DNA from: an uncultured Alphaproteobacteria bacterium
Lineage (GTDB): Bacteria; Pseudomonadota; Alphaproteobacteria; Rhizobiales; Rhodomicrobiaceae
Assembly: GCA_963842775.1 (NCBI GenBank)
Contig: CAWJHQ010000013.1
Coordinates: forward strand, 162,896 to 226,895
DNA: 64,000 nucleotides
Direction: 5' to 3'
Below are positions 19,757-29,356 of the stretch, piece by piece (position 1 is the stretch's first letter; the number at the start of each line of letters is the position of its first letter). The position numbers were made by a program, and so were the translations under genes. Below the pieces are notes generated by a model. The model did not search any database. It saw only the letters and a program-made list of their open reading frames with translations, and was not told where the DNA came from.

Positions 19757-20881
19757 TTACCCGAACATCAAAATCTGCCGGATTGCCTTGCCTTCGCGCA
19801 GTGCGTCGAACCCCTCATTGATCTGGTCGAGGGTGATCGTGCCGGTGAGCAGCCGGTCCACCGGCAGCTTGCCGCGCTTGAACAGGCGGACATAGCGCGG
19901 GATGTCGCGGCTCGGGACGGCGCTGCCCATATAGCTGCCCTTCACCGTGCGCTCTTCGGCGATCAGGCTGATGGCGGGCAGCGCCCAGGCGGCGTTCGGG
20001 TTGGGCAGGCCGGCGGTTATGGTCATGCCGCCGCGCCGGGTGATGCGGTAGGCGAGGTCGAGCGCGGGGACCGCTCCGGCCATTTCGAAGGCGTAATGAA
20101 CGCCGCCGCCGGTTGCGTCCTTGATCGCCTGCGCCGCGCCTTCGCCCGCCTTGAAACTGTCCGTTGCGCCGAGCGACATGGCGACCGCCAGCTTGTCCTC
20201 GGAAAGGTCCACGGCGACGATCCGCTCCGCGCCCGCCGCCACCGCGCCCAGAATGGTCGACAGGCCGACGCCGCCGAGGCCGACCACCGCGACGGTCGAA
20301 CCGGGCTCGACCCTTGCGGTGTTCACCACCGCGCCGACGCCGGTCAGCACCGCGCAGCCGAACAAAGCGGCCTGCTCCAGCGGCACTTCAGGGTCGATCT
20401 TGACCAGCGAATTGCGCGAGCAGGTGGCGTATTCGGCAAAAGCGGAGACGCCGAGCAGATGATTGATTTCCGCGCCATTGCGGCGGATGCGGCGTTCGCC
20501 CGAGATCAGCGTTCCGGCGCCGCCCGCGACAGCCGCCGGTTCGCAGAGGGCAGGGCGTCCCGAGGCACAGGGCACGCAATGGCCGCAGCTCGGCACGAAG
20601 ACCAGGGCGACATGATCGCCGAGCTTGAGGTCGGTCACATCGCGGCCGACTTCCTCGACGATTCCAGCGGCTTCGTGGCCGAGCACCATCGGCGTCGGGC
20701 GCGGCCGGTTGCCGTCGATCACGGACAGGTCGGAGTGGCAGAGGCCTGCGGCGACGATCTTGACCAGCACTTCGCCGGAGGCCGGGCCTTGCAGGTCGAT
20801 CTCGCCGATGGTGAGCGGCCTGGATTGGGCGTAGGGCGGTGCGCGGCCCATGTCTTCGAGAATCGCGGCGCGGACTTTCAT
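19757..20881 (-). CDS. Zn-dependent alcohol dehydrogenase (MDR superfamily, class III-like)
   Basis: MKVRAAILEDMG...LVKIVAAGLCHSDLSVIDG...GHEAAGIVEEVG...VAVVGLGGVGLSTILGAVAAGA (GxGxxG Rossmann motif). Confidence 0.85.
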   Translation of the reverse strand: MKVRAAILEDMGRAPPYAQSRPLTIGEIDLQGPASGEVLVKIVAAGLCHSDLSVIDGNRPRPTPMVLGHEAAGIVEEVGRDVTDLKLGDHVALVFVPSCGHCVPCASGRPALCEPAAVAGGAGTLISGERRIRRNGAEINHLLGVSAFAEYATCSRNSLVKIDPEVPLEQAALFGCAVLTGVGAVVNTARVEPGSTVAVVGLGGVGLSTILGAVAAGAERIVAVDLSEDKLAVAMSLGATDSFKAGEGAAQAIKDATGGGVHYAFEMAGAVPALDLAYRITRRGGMTITAGLPNPNAAWALPAISLIAEERTVKGSYMGSAVPSRDIPRYVRLFKRGKLPVDRLLTGTITLDQINEGFDALREGKAIRQILMFG

Positions 20882-21064
20882 GGCTTGTTCCTCCCTGATC
20901 GCCGGCCATTCTAAGCGGATTTGCCTCTCTTTCACCAACAGATGCCGCGCGGCCGAGGCTCCTGAAGCTCGCCGCGTGGGAGGCATGATTGCGCCATCAG
21001 AATTTCTGGTTGACGATAATAGTGTTGTTATATAAATACATCGTTATATAACGAGAGACGCAAT

Positions 21065-21403
21065 ATGCTGAACCTCGATGCCGCCTTCTCCGCGCTTGCC
21101 GACCCGACGCGCCGGGCCATTCTCGCCCGTCTTGCATCGGGCGAGGTGACCGTCATGGAGCTGGCCAAGCCGTTCGAGATGACGCAGCCCGCCATCTCTC
21201 GCCATCTGAAAGTGCTCGAAGGCGCGGGGCTGATCGTCCGCCGTGTCGAAGGCACGAAGCGCCCTTGCCGGCTGGCGCCGGGCGCCATCGACGCGATCGA
21301 CCAGTGGCTTGCCATGCTGCGGCAGGCTCTGGCGAAGAATTACGACCGGCTGGATGAGGTTCTGGCCGCCATGCAGCCCGAGGAAGAAAAGGACACGCCA
21401 TGA
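21065..21403 (+). CDS. ArsR/SmtB family transcriptional regulator
   Basis: LADPTRRAILARLASGEVTVMELAKPFEMTQPAISRHLKVLEGAGLI is a winged HTH. Confidence 0.85.
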   Translation: MLNLDAAFSALADPTRRAILARLASGEVTVMELAKPFEMTQPAISRHLKVLEGAGLIVRRVEGTKRPCRLAPGAIDAIDQWLAMLRQALAKNYDRLDEVLAAMQPEEEKDTP

Positions 21404-21864
21404 GCAAGATGACACTCAAGACCGAAGGCGACACACATGTCGTGGTGACCCGGCGCTTCGCCGCATCCCCGGAGGCCGTCTTCCGCGCCCATACCGAGCC
21501 GAAGCTCATCCAGAAATGGCTTCTCGGCCCGGAGGGCTGGACGATGCCCGTCTGCATCAACGAGGCGCGGCCCGGTGGGAAGATCCGCTATGAGTGGACG
21601 GACGGCAAGGGCGGCGGCTTCCATCTGACCGGCGAATATCTGGAGCTGGTGCCTTTCAGCCGGATCGTCCACGTGGAGCGCATGCATCTGCCCGACCCGA
21701 CGCCGGACAACCACGTCGAAACGCGGTTCGAGCCGGACGCGGCCGGCACGCTCATGACCATGCGCATGACCCTGCCCAATTCCCAGACCCGGGCAGCGAT
21801 GCTTGCCAGCGGCATGGAGCACGGCATGGAAGCGAGCTACGTCCGGCTCGAGGGGATGCTTTAG
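21400..21864 (+). CDS. SRPBCC (Aha1/activator of Hsp90 ATPase-like) domain protein, overlapping arsR by 4 bp
   Basis: VVVTRRFAASPEAVFRAHTEPKLIQKWL...; it is the usual ArsR partner gene. Confidence 0.7.
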   Translation: MSKMTLKTEGDTHVVVTRRFAASPEAVFRAHTEPKLIQKWLLGPEGWTMPVCINEARPGGKIRYEWTDGKGGGFHLTGEYLELVPFSRIVHVERMHLPDPTPDNHVETRFEPDAAGTLMTMRMTLPNSQTRAAMLASGMEHGMEASYVRLEGML

Positions 21865-21962
21865 CCCGTCGCCGTTTTGGGTGAATGCGCCTCTTCGTAA
21901 TCCTCGCGAATGGAACCCAGGCGGTTCCGCTAAACAGATCCAACCGATTGGGACACAGAACC

Positions 21963-22427
21963 ATGATATCGGCACCGCATATCGTCGACACCGAGATCCA
22001 GGAGGCGGCGGTGATCCGGCTCACCATCCCGCGCAGCAAGATGAGGGAGCTGTTCGGCCCCGCCGTCGGCGAGCTGATGACGGCGCTCGCCGCACAAGGC
22101 GTGGAGCCCGACGGAGCCGTCTTCGCGCATCACCTGAAGATGAGCCCGGACATTTTCGACTTCGAATTGGGTGTGAAGGTCTCGGCGCCGGTTACGGCTG
22201 CCGGGCGGGTGAAACCGGGCCAGCTTCCCGCGGCAAAGGTGGCGCGAACCGTCTATAGCGGTCCCTATGAAGGTCTGCCATCCGCGTGGGACGAGTTCGT
22301 CCGGTGGATGAGGGCGAACGGCCACGAGCAAGCCGAAAGCCTGTGGGAGGTGTATTCGGTCGGTCCGCAATCGACGCCTGATCCCGCGAACTGGCGCACC
22401 GAACTGAACCGGCCTCTGACAAATTGA
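21963..22427 (+). CDS. GyrI-like small-molecule-binding domain protein
   Basis: Size and the pattern ...AVIRLTIPRSKMRELFGPAVGELMTALAAQGVEPDGAVFAHH... are consistent with the GyrI/SbmC effector-binding fold. Confidence 0.55.
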   Translation: MISAPHIVDTEIQEAAVIRLTIPRSKMRELFGPAVGELMTALAAQGVEPDGAVFAHHLKMSPDIFDFELGVKVSAPVTAAGRVKPGQLPAAKVARTVYSGPYEGLPSAWDEFVRWMRANGHEQAESLWEVYSVGPQSTPDPANWRTELNRPLTN

Positions 22428-22593
22428 TCCCGCGCGTGGGTTCAATTGGCGTTAAATCGGTGTCGAGATCGCACTATTCATGTCATCCCGGACGCCGCGA
22501 AGCGGCGAGCCGGGAGCCAATCACATAGCCGCAAGTGAATAGGCCCCGGCTCTGACGGCCGGGGCGACGAGGATATGCAATTCGCCCGGGCGA

Positions 22594-23554
22594 TCAGCCC
22601 ATGGACGCCGGCTGATAATTCTCGATCGGCAGATGGGCGAGGCCGAGCAGCGCCGTATCGTCGCGGGTGAGAATGCCGGTATAGACATTCTCCATGATGC
22701 CGCGCATCGGGCCCTTGGCTTCGAAGGGCGGGCGGAAGCGCTCGGCGCCGCCGGCGGCCGCCCAGCCATTGACCACGCTGCCGCAGAGATACACCCCGCC
22801 CCAGGCGGCGGCGGCCAGTGCGAGATCGCCGGCCACGCGGCCGAGCAGAATGGAGAAAATGCGCAAGGTTTCCGAGGCCGTCGTGTCGTTCTGCGCCAGG
22901 TTGAAAATCTGCGCCGCGCTCAGGCTGGTGTCCACGGTTGCTCCCAATCGCTCGGCGAGGCAGCGATAGAGCCGCGCAACGCCCCGGCCCGAGAGGACTT
23001 CCTCCACCGAACCCGCATCGCGCAGCAATTCGAGTTGCGCCGTGTCCAGCGCGCCGAGCGTCATATGCCCAGGCTCGCCGGGATTGGTAATCCAGCCGGC
23101 GCCCGCGGGGATCGCCGCCGCCGCTCCGAAACCGGTGCCGACATTCACCGCGATCATGGTCTGGCGCAAACGGTCGCTGCGGCGCGCCGGGCCGATGGAG
23201 GCGATCTCATTGTCCGCCAGATGGGGCAGCGCCAATGCGACAGCCTGCAAATCATTGAGGAGCCGGGTGGGCGCGCCGCCGAGAAGCTTCCGCAACCTCG
23301 CCCGCCGTGATCGTCCAGGGCGCGTTGGTCACCTTGACGCTGTCGCCGTCTACCGGGCCGGCGACGCCGATGGCCGCCGAAGTGCAGCCTTCCGGCCCTT
23401 TGGTTTCATCGAGGAACGCGTCAAGCGCGTCATAGAAGCTCGCATGCCGGGTGTGCGGGTAGCTGCGGCGTTCACCGAGCGCGTGCTGTTGCTGCGCGCG
23501 GGCGAAACGCACATTCGAGCCGCCGACATCGGCTACCAGTCGCCACGGCCTCAT
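22594..23554 (-). CDS. glk: Glucokinase, split into 23252-23554 and 22594-23295 by an apparent frameshift near 23270
   Basis: N-terminal WRLVADVGGSNVRFA (ROK/Glk ATP-binding motif), then ...AVNVGTGFGAAAAIP...GEPGHMTLG. Confidence 0.8.
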
Positions 23555-24939
23555 GCCAGAGCTCCTTGTTTTTGCGGGGCAAGCGCCGCCAGAAAGGTTT
23601 CTCGCCAGTTTGCGGCATCGCGCTCGCAGACGCGCTTGAACAGCGCCTTGTGCCGCGCGCAGCGCTCGTCCAGCGGCATCGCCAATGCCTGCTCCAGCGC
23701 ATGGGCGATGTCGTCAATGTCGTAAGGGTTGACGATCAGGGCTTCCTCCAAATCCTCCGCAGCCCCGGCAAATCGCGACAGCACCAGCACACCGGGATCA
23801 TTCTCATCCTGAGCGGCGATATACTCCTTCGCAACCAGATTCATGCCGTCTCGCAGCGGTGTCACCAGCCCCACTTCAGACCCGCGGAACAACGCCGCCA
23901 GCCGCTCGCGTGAAATATTGCGGTGGATGTAGCGGACCGGCGTCCAGTCGAAATCGCCATATTCGCCATTGATGGAGCCGGAGAGCTGCTCCAGCTCCTC
24001 GCGAATGTCGGTATAGGCGGCGACGTCCTCGCGTGTCGGCGGCGCGATCTGCATCAGCGTCACCGTCTTATGCTTGTCGGGGTAAAGTTCGAGCAGCCGG
24101 CGGAACGCCTTCATCCGTTCGGGAAGGCCCTTCGTATAATCGAGCCGGTCGACACCGACAATGTGGGAGCGGGCCAGATGCCGCCGGTTCAGCCGCTCGA
24201 TGGCCTCCTCGGCCGCCGCCGTGTGCGCCATGGCGACGAAATTATCCACGTCGATGCCGATCGGGAAGGCGCGGGCGATGACGGTGCGGCCATAGGCCAT
24301 CACCCGGCCGTCGCTGAGCACCTTGCCGCCGATATTCTCGGCGACGACGCGCTGGAAATTGAGCACGTCGATATTGGTCTGAAAGCCGATGACGTCATAG
24401 GCGAAGAGCGACTTGATCAGCCATTGATGCACGGGCACGGCCAGCAGCACGCCCGGCGGCGGGAACGGAATGTGGAGGAAAAAACCGATCCTTTGCTGCA
24501 TCCCGCGCGACCTCAGCTCCGAGGCGAGCGAAATCAGATGATAGTCGTGCACCCAGATGATGTCGTCCGGCCGCAGGAGCGGAGCCAGCGCATCCGCCAG
24601 CCGGGCATTGACGCGGCGATAGCCGTCGAAATAGGCGGTCTCGAATGCAACGAGGTCGAGGCGGTAGTGACAGACCGGCCAAAGCACCTGATTGGCGAAG
24701 CCGACATAATATTCGTCATAGTCCTGCTGCGTGAGCGGTATGGTGGCGATGGTCACCTTGCCCTGCTGGGCAACATTGGTTTCGCGTGGCGCATCCTCGT
24801 CGACGACCGTGCCGTCCCAGCCGAACCACATGCCCCCGGTCTCGCGGAGGGCGTCGCCCAACGCCACGGCGAGCCCTCCAGACTGGTTTTTCTTCTCCAG
24901 ATAAGCGACACGATTGGAAACGACGACAAGTCGGCTCAT
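23551..24939 (-). CDS. otsA: Alpha,alpha-trehalose-phosphate synthase (GT20)
   Basis: MSRLVVVSNRVA...MWFGWDG...VHDYHLISLASELR... is full-length OtsA. Confidence 0.9.
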   Translation of the reverse strand: MSRLVVVSNRVAYLEKKNQSGGLAVALGDALRETGGMWFGWDGTVVDEDAPRETNVAQQGKVTIATIPLTQQDYDEYYVGFANQVLWPVCHYRLDLVAFETAYFDGYRRVNARLADALAPLLRPDDIIWVHDYHLISLASELRSRGMQQRIGFFLHIPFPPPGVLLAVPVHQWLIKSLFAYDVIGFQTNIDVLNFQRVVAENIGGKVLSDGRVMAYGRTVIARAFPIGIDVDNFVAMAHTAAAEEAIERLNRRHLARSHIVGVDRLDYTKGLPERMKAFRRLLELYPDKHKTVTLMQIAPPTREDVAAYTDIREELEQLSGSINGEYGDFDWTPVRYIHRNISRERLAALFRGSEVGLVTPLRDGMNLVAKEYIAAQDENDPGVLVLSRFAGAAEDLEEALIVNPYDIDDIAHALEQALAMPLDERCARHKALFKRVCERDAANWRETFLAALAPQKQGALA

Positions 24940-26721
24940 ACAACGCTTTCCCAAGGGCGTGAAAGCCGGACCGCGCCATTGATGATCCCGACCATGGAAT
25001 AGGTCTGAGGAAAATTGCCCCATGCCTCGCCGGTGGCGGCATCGGTATCCTCGGACATCAACCCGAGATGGTTCCGGGTATTCAAGAGCGCTTCGAAGAT
25101 TTCACGCGCCTTCTCGCGCCGCCCCACGCGAGACAAGGCATCCACCCGCCAGAATGCGCAGACGTTAAAGGCGGTTTTCGGCATGCCGAAATCGTCTGCG
25201 GCCTCATAGCGCATCATATGCGGCCCGCGCCCCAAGGTTTTTTCCATCTGCTCCAGCGTCGACACGAAGCGCGGATGCTGCGGCTCGATGAAGCCGACCT
25301 CGCTCATCAGCAGCACGCTCGCATCCAGATGCTCGCCCTCGAAGCTTTCGACGAAGGCCTTGCGCTTTTCGGACCAGGCCCGTTCCATGATGGTGTTCTT
25401 GATGAAGTCGGCCCGCTCGCGCCAGAGCCGTGCCCTGTCGCCGAGCTGCAGGTGCAGCGCGATTTTCGCGAGCCGGTCGCAGGCGGCCCAGCACATGACG
25501 CTGGAGGAGGTGTGGACGCGGGCGCGGTGGCGCAGCTCCCACATGCCGGCATCCGGCTTGTCGTAGAGTTCGAAGGACCGCTCGCCGGCAAATTCAAGCT
25601 TCTTGAAGTCCTCGACGCCGGCCGGCGCGAACAGCCGCTTGTCGAAGAAGGCCTGCGAGGCGCCGAGCACCAGATTGCCGTAAGTGTCGTGCTGGAAATG
25701 CTCGTGCGCCTGGTTGCCGACGCGCACCGGCCCGTAATTGCGGTAGCCGGGCAGGTCCGGCGCGAAACGCTCCGTGAGCTGATGTTCCAGCCCCACGCCA
25801 TAGACCGGCTGGAGATGACCGTCCCGCGCATCGGCGACGATGTTCATGATCCAGCGGAAATAGTTCTCCATCGTCTTGACGGCGGAGAGCGAGTTCAGCG
25901 CCCGCACGACGAACAGCGCGTCCCTGATCCAGCAATAGCGGTAATCCCAGTTGCGCTCCGTCTCCGCCGCTTCAGGGATGCTGGTCGTCAGGGCCGCCAC
26001 AATCGCACCGGTCGGTTCGTAATTGCAAAGCTTCAGGGTTATCGCCGCGCGAATAACGGCGTCTTGCCAGTCCTGCGGCAATGCCAGCCGGTGGACCCAA
26101 TTTCGCCAATAGAGCTGAGTGCGCTCTTCATAGGTTACGGCCGTCTCAGCGGCGCCTTCCGTCAGTGTCTCGTCGGGCCCCAGAATCAGATTGACCTGTT
26201 CGGCTAGATTAAACGAGACCTCATCAAGAATATAATCAATCGGCGCGTCTGTCGTAAGGCGGATGGCAAATTTTGGTCCAGCATAGCGGATATGGTTGGA
26301 GCCGAACGTGACATTAGGTGCGATGTTACCATATTCGAATCTCGGTTTCACCCGGATTCGCACCCGCGGACTTCCCGCTGATCGGCATAATTCGACGTAT
26401 GAGCATTTGCGGACGAAAGGCGCGGTCCCGCCAATAAAAACGCGGAATGAAATCGATCACTTGCACCGAGCCGCTGCGGCCGTGCAGCGTCGTCTTCAAA
26501 AGCGCGGTATTCGGCAGGTAGACCTGCTCGCTGGATACGAAATCCTCCATCTCGATCGAGAACCCGCCTTCGCCGGGCGCCTGTTTCGGGCTGCCGAGAA
26601 GCGTATGGAACACCGGGTCCTTGTCGAAGCGCGGCAGGCAGCACCAGACGACGTTTGCCTTGCGGTCTACGAGCGCGGCGATGCCGCAATTGCCGATAAT
26701 GCCAAGATCAAGATTGCTCAC
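24936..26721 (-). CDS. Glycoside hydrolase family 15 (glucoamylase/trehalase-like), split into 26326-26721 and 24936-26363 by an apparent frameshift near 26340
   Basis: MSNLDLGIIGNCGIAALVD...then ...NWDYRYCWIRDALFVVRALNSL..., the GH15 (alpha/alpha)6 catalytic-domain signature. It lies between otsA and otsB. Confidence 0.8.
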
Positions 26722-27463
26722 GATTATTTCCTATTCTTTCGATGATAGCATTGAGCCAGGATAAAAGTTCCTCGCGGTCCTGAACGCGGTAGCGGGCCTG
26801 GGTGTCGCCCTGGCCGACCTTGATGGAAATGCCGTGCAGGCGATTGACGCTGGCGAAGCCGTCCTCGTCGGTCAGATCGTCGCCGGCAAACACCGGCACG
26901 CGTCCTGCGAAGGGCTTCTCGGTGAGGAAACTCTCGATCGCCTCGCCTTTGTTCCCCGCATGGCCGACGGCCTCGATCACCATTTTCCCGCGCCGCACGG
27001 TGATCGAGGGCGTGCAGTTCACCGCCTGCTCCATCGCTTCCAGGCAGACGCCCTCCAATTCGGGGCGCAGCCGGTAATGCAGGGCCAACGCGCCTTGCTT
27101 GGCCTCCAGCAGCAGACCGGTCTCCTGGGCGACGAGCCGTTCCAGCTTCGTTTCGATGACCTTGAGCGCTTCGCCGTCATATTCCGGGTGATGCATCTGG
27201 CCCGTGGCGTCGCGCCGCGTCAGCCCATGCACGCCCGCGACCGGCAGCCGCACGGGGGTGAGGAACCGGTCGATCGCGGCGATGTCCCGCCCCGTGATGA
27301 TGGCCACCGCGCCTTCATGCGAAAGCCGCAGCGCGGTGAGCGCGTCCCTCGTCGCCTCCGTGACTTCCACAAGCTCTGGGTGCGCGACGATATCGGCGAG
27401 CGTGCCGTCGAAATCGAAGAAGAAGGCGAAATGCTCGGGTTCGATCGGCTCAGGAAGAGGCAT
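26708..27463 (-). CDS. otsB: Trehalose-6-phosphate phosphatase (HAD family)
   Basis: FFFDFDGTLA (HAD motif I) ...AIITGR...; start at cat 27461-27463. Confidence 0.85.
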   Translation of the reverse strand: MPLPEPIEPEHFAFFFDFDGTLADIVAHPELVEVTEATRDALTALRLSHEGAVAIITGRDIAAIDRFLTPVRLPVAGVHGLTRRDATGQMHHPEYDGEALKVIETKLERLVAQETGLLLEAKQGALALHYRLRPELEGVCLEAMEQAVNCTPSITVRRGKMVIEAVGHAGNKGEAIESFLTEKPFAGRVPVFAGDDLTDEDGFASVNRLHGISIKVGQGDTQARYRVQDREELLSWLNAIIERIGNNREQS

Positions 27464-27630
27464 AGACCATCTCGTCAACGGAAATTGAGACCAGGCATTA
27501 AACACGCGAGGCATGTGATTGTTATATGCAATGCACAAAATACCTAATCGGCTTTGGTTCCGATTCGGATCGCCGAACCGGTTTAGGTGAGTGCTCGTCG
27601 GCTGTAACAGAAGGGGCAGCAACGTCACAA

Positions 27631-27730
27631 GCGCATCCGTCCAAACGGAGGCGGCACGCGGAAATTTGATAGATCGATGCAAAACAACAACGAGAGCGCT
27701 GACATGCGAACGGAGCGGACGGGTCAGCGC
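27631..27730 (+). repeat. Copy A of a ~100-nt two-hairpin intergenic element (5' hairpin GCATCCGTCCAAACGGAGG...GATCGATGC, 3' hairpin GCTGAC-ATGCGAACGGAGCGGACGG-GTCAGC)
   Basis: Shares 60-85% identity with copies at 28746-28850, 48706-48778 and 60947-61050, and reverse at 55581-55629. The second stem differs between copies while staying complementary, and the loop core TGAACGAnGTGA is conserved. Confidence 0.6.
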
Positions 27731-27902
27731 ACCAGGGCCAGGCCCCCACTTCTAGCGCTCGCCATTTCCGCGCTTCAACGGCTTTGCCGTCCTATCCAAC
27801 ATGAACTATCTCTATGTGGAGAAATGTGGGCTATGTGCCAGTGCGGGCTTGCGGATCGGAGCCTGACGGGCGCACGCGCCCGAAATGCTTGAGGTGAGTG
27901 AG

Positions 27903-28205
27903 ATGATGGCGCCGCTCCCCCGTATCGAAATCGAATATTGCCGCCAATGCCGCTGGCTGCTCCGCGCCGGCTGGATGGCGCAGGAGTTGCTCACCACCTT
28001 CGAGGACGAACTCGGCGGCGTCACGCTGGTGCCCGGAATCGGCGGCGTGTTCGAGGTGCGCGCCGATGGCGACATCATCTGGTCGCGCAAAAGCGAAGGG
28101 CGCTTTCCCGAGCTGAAGGAGATCAAGCAGCGGCTGCGCGACCGCATCGCGCCCGGCCGCGATCTCGGGCATTCGGACCGCAAAGCGGACGCCCCGCAGG
28201 ACTGA
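27903..28205 (+). CDS. SelT/SelW/Rdx family redox protein (CxxC form)
   Basis: PRIEIEYCRQCRWLLRAGWMAQELLTTF matches the Rdx-fold N-terminal CxxC motif. There is no in-frame TGA. Confidence 0.7.
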   Translation: MMAPLPRIEIEYCRQCRWLLRAGWMAQELLTTFEDELGGVTLVPGIGGVFEVRADGDIIWSRKSEGRFPELKEIKQRLRDRIAPGRDLGHSDRKADAPQD

Positions 28206-28267
28206 TCGCCTTTACGCCCGCTGGCATTCCGCCAGATCCGCCTTTATGATCGCCCCCGCGTTAGGCC

Positions 28268-28332
28268 GCCATGTGTCCGGGCTCGCCGAGACCCGGCTGG
28301 CGCGCGCCGCTTTGCGGTGGCGTGTTCCGCGG
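28268..28332 (+). repeat. R1 repeat, copy 1 (65 nt, contains the CCGGG-CTCGCCGAGA-CCCGG hairpin), 5' flank of the tRNA-like cassette
   Basis: ~90% identical to 28881-28945. Confidence 0.7.
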
Positions 28333-28348
28333 TTTGTCGCGCCAAACC

Positions 28349-28417
28349 GAGGTTGCTGCTCTGGGCGGGTCTCCGGGGAACCGGAGATCAGGGGTTCGAG
28401 GCCCTTCAACTTCACCA
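28349..28417 (+). ncRNA. tRNA-like element with an alanine/tmRNA-type acceptor stem (G3:U70), T-arm and encoded ACCA, but with the anticodon arm replaced by a 7-bp stem capped by a GGAA tetraloop
   Basis: GAGGTTG-ctgctctgggcggg-TCTCCGG-GGAA-CCGGAGA-tc-AGGGG-TTCGAGG-CCCTT-CAACTTC-A-CCA. The acceptor stem pairs perfectly apart from the single G3:T70 wobble. Confidence 0.45.
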
Positions 28418-28480
28418 CGCTCGATGGTTGAGCATTGGACTGTTAATCCAACGGATTGGGTTCGATTCCCAAATCAAGAA
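28418..28480 (+). ncRNA. tRNA-Asn(GTT)-like fragment: D-arm, anticodon arm and T-arm are intact, but there is no complementary acceptor stem. It follows the ACCA of the preceding module directly.
   Basis: GCTC-GATGGTT-GAGC, TTGGA-CTGTTAA-TCCAA, TTGGG-TTCGATT-CCCAA. Confidence 0.4.
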
Positions 28481-28488
28481 AAGCATAC

Positions 28489-28722
28489 GGAAGCCGGCGG
28501 CTTCCCCGCCTTGCCCGAGGCTTCGGCCGAAGGCGAGGCAGCGCAGAGGCGCTTTGTGCGGGGGCGGATACCGCCTGGCCGCAAAGCCTCCGGCCCAGGT
28601 GCCGGCGCGGTGGACTGCCTTCGGGTGGAAAACCGTGACCGCAGCCTGACGCGGGTGGCGGCGCGGCCGGGCTCAAGCCCTCGCCCGCGATCCTCATGCG
28701 TGGGACGCCGCCGGTGACCTTG
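28489..28722 (+). repeat. R2 repeat, copy 1 (~233 nt, GC-rich, with several UUCG-type hairpins)
   Basis: ~90% identical to 29124-29356. Contains the hairpins GAAGCC-GGC-GGCTTC and GGC-TTCG-GCC. Confidence 0.7.
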
Positions 28723-28745
28723 ATCCGCCGCCACCGCTCAATCCG

Positions 28746-28850
28746 TGCATCGATCCAAACGGAGGCGACAAGCCGGAGTTTGGTAAAATTGATGCACAAA
28801 AAAAAAGCTAGGGCGCGGACATGTGAACGACGTGAATGTGTCAGTGCCCG
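28746..28850 (+). repeat. Copy B of the two-hairpin element (most complete copy: GCATCGATCCAAACGGAGGCGACAAGCCGGAGTTTGGTAAAATTGATGCAC ... GGACATGTGAACGACGTGAATGTGTC)
   Basis: See copy A. It sits between the two tandem cassette units. Confidence 0.6.
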
Positions 28851-28880
28851 AAATCGCCTATGATGGCGGCGCTGTAAGAC

Positions 28881-28945
28881 GCCATGTGTCCGGGCTCGCC
28901 GAGACCCGGCTGGCGCGCGCTGCGTTGCAGTGGCGTGTTCCGCGG
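28881..28945 (+). repeat. R1 repeat, copy 2
   Basis: See 28268-28332. Confidence 0.7.
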
Positions 28946-28955
28946 CTTGTAGCTC

Positions 28956-29027
28956 GACGCTGTAGCTCAGAGGGAGAGCGCCTGGGAGACCAGGAGGTCG
29001 GGGGTTCAATTCCCTTCAGCGACACCA
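28956..29027 (+). ncRNA. tRNA-Pro-like element with the anticodon loop replaced by a GAGA tetraloop (non-decoding tRNA mimic or pseudogene)
   Basis: GACGCTG-TA-GCTC-AGAGGGA-GAGC-G-CCTGG-GAGA-CCAGG-AGGTC-GGGGG-TTCAATT-CCCTT-CAGCGAC-A-CCA. It follows the canonical tRNA-Pro layout except for the 4-nt anticodon loop and an A2:A71 mismatch. Confidence 0.45.
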
Positions 29028-29100
29028 AACGACTAGCTCATTGGGAGAGCATCGGAACGTCAATCCGACGGTACTTGGTTCGAACTCCAAGGTCAAATGG
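29028..29100 (+). ncRNA. tRNA-Asp(GTC)-like fragment with C33 and no matching acceptor stem, directly abutting the preceding ACCA
   Basis: GCTC-ATTGGGA-GAGC, TCGGA-ACGTCAA-TCCGA, CTTGG-TTCGAAC-(T)CCAAG. Confidence 0.35.
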
Positions 29101-29123
29101 CCTGAAAAGCCAAACGAAACGCA

Positions 29124-29356
29124 GGAAGCCGGCGGCTTCCCCGCCTTGCCCAAGGCTCCGGCCGAAGGCGAGGCAAGCGCTGAGGCGCTTTGTGCGAGGG
29201 CGGATACCGCCCGGCCGCAAAGCCTCTCGCCCAGGTGCCGGCGCGGTGGACTGCCTTCGGGCGGAAAGCCGTCGCCGCAGCCTGACGCGGATGGCGGCGT
29301 GGCCGGGCTCAAGCCCTCGCCCGCGATCCTCATGCGTGGACGCCGCCGGTGACCTT
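29124..29356 (+). repeat. R2 repeat, copy 2
   Basis: See 28489-28722. Confidence 0.7.

Noticed and set aside
27903-28205. Possible selenoprotein (SelW-like) with an in-frame UGA
   Set aside because: The redox motif is CRQC with two cysteines. No in-frame TGA and no SECIS-like hairpin follow the motif.
28489-28722. The R2 GC-rich repeat considered as a permuted two-piece tmRNA coding piece, RNase P RNA or SRP RNA
   Set aside because: It has no tag reading frame ending in ...AA-stop after a resume codon. It lacks the RNase P conserved region (GGAAAGTCCGGGCT-type) or the SRP domain IV motif. It is present twice, whereas those RNAs are single-copy. It is treated as an unexplained structured repeat instead.
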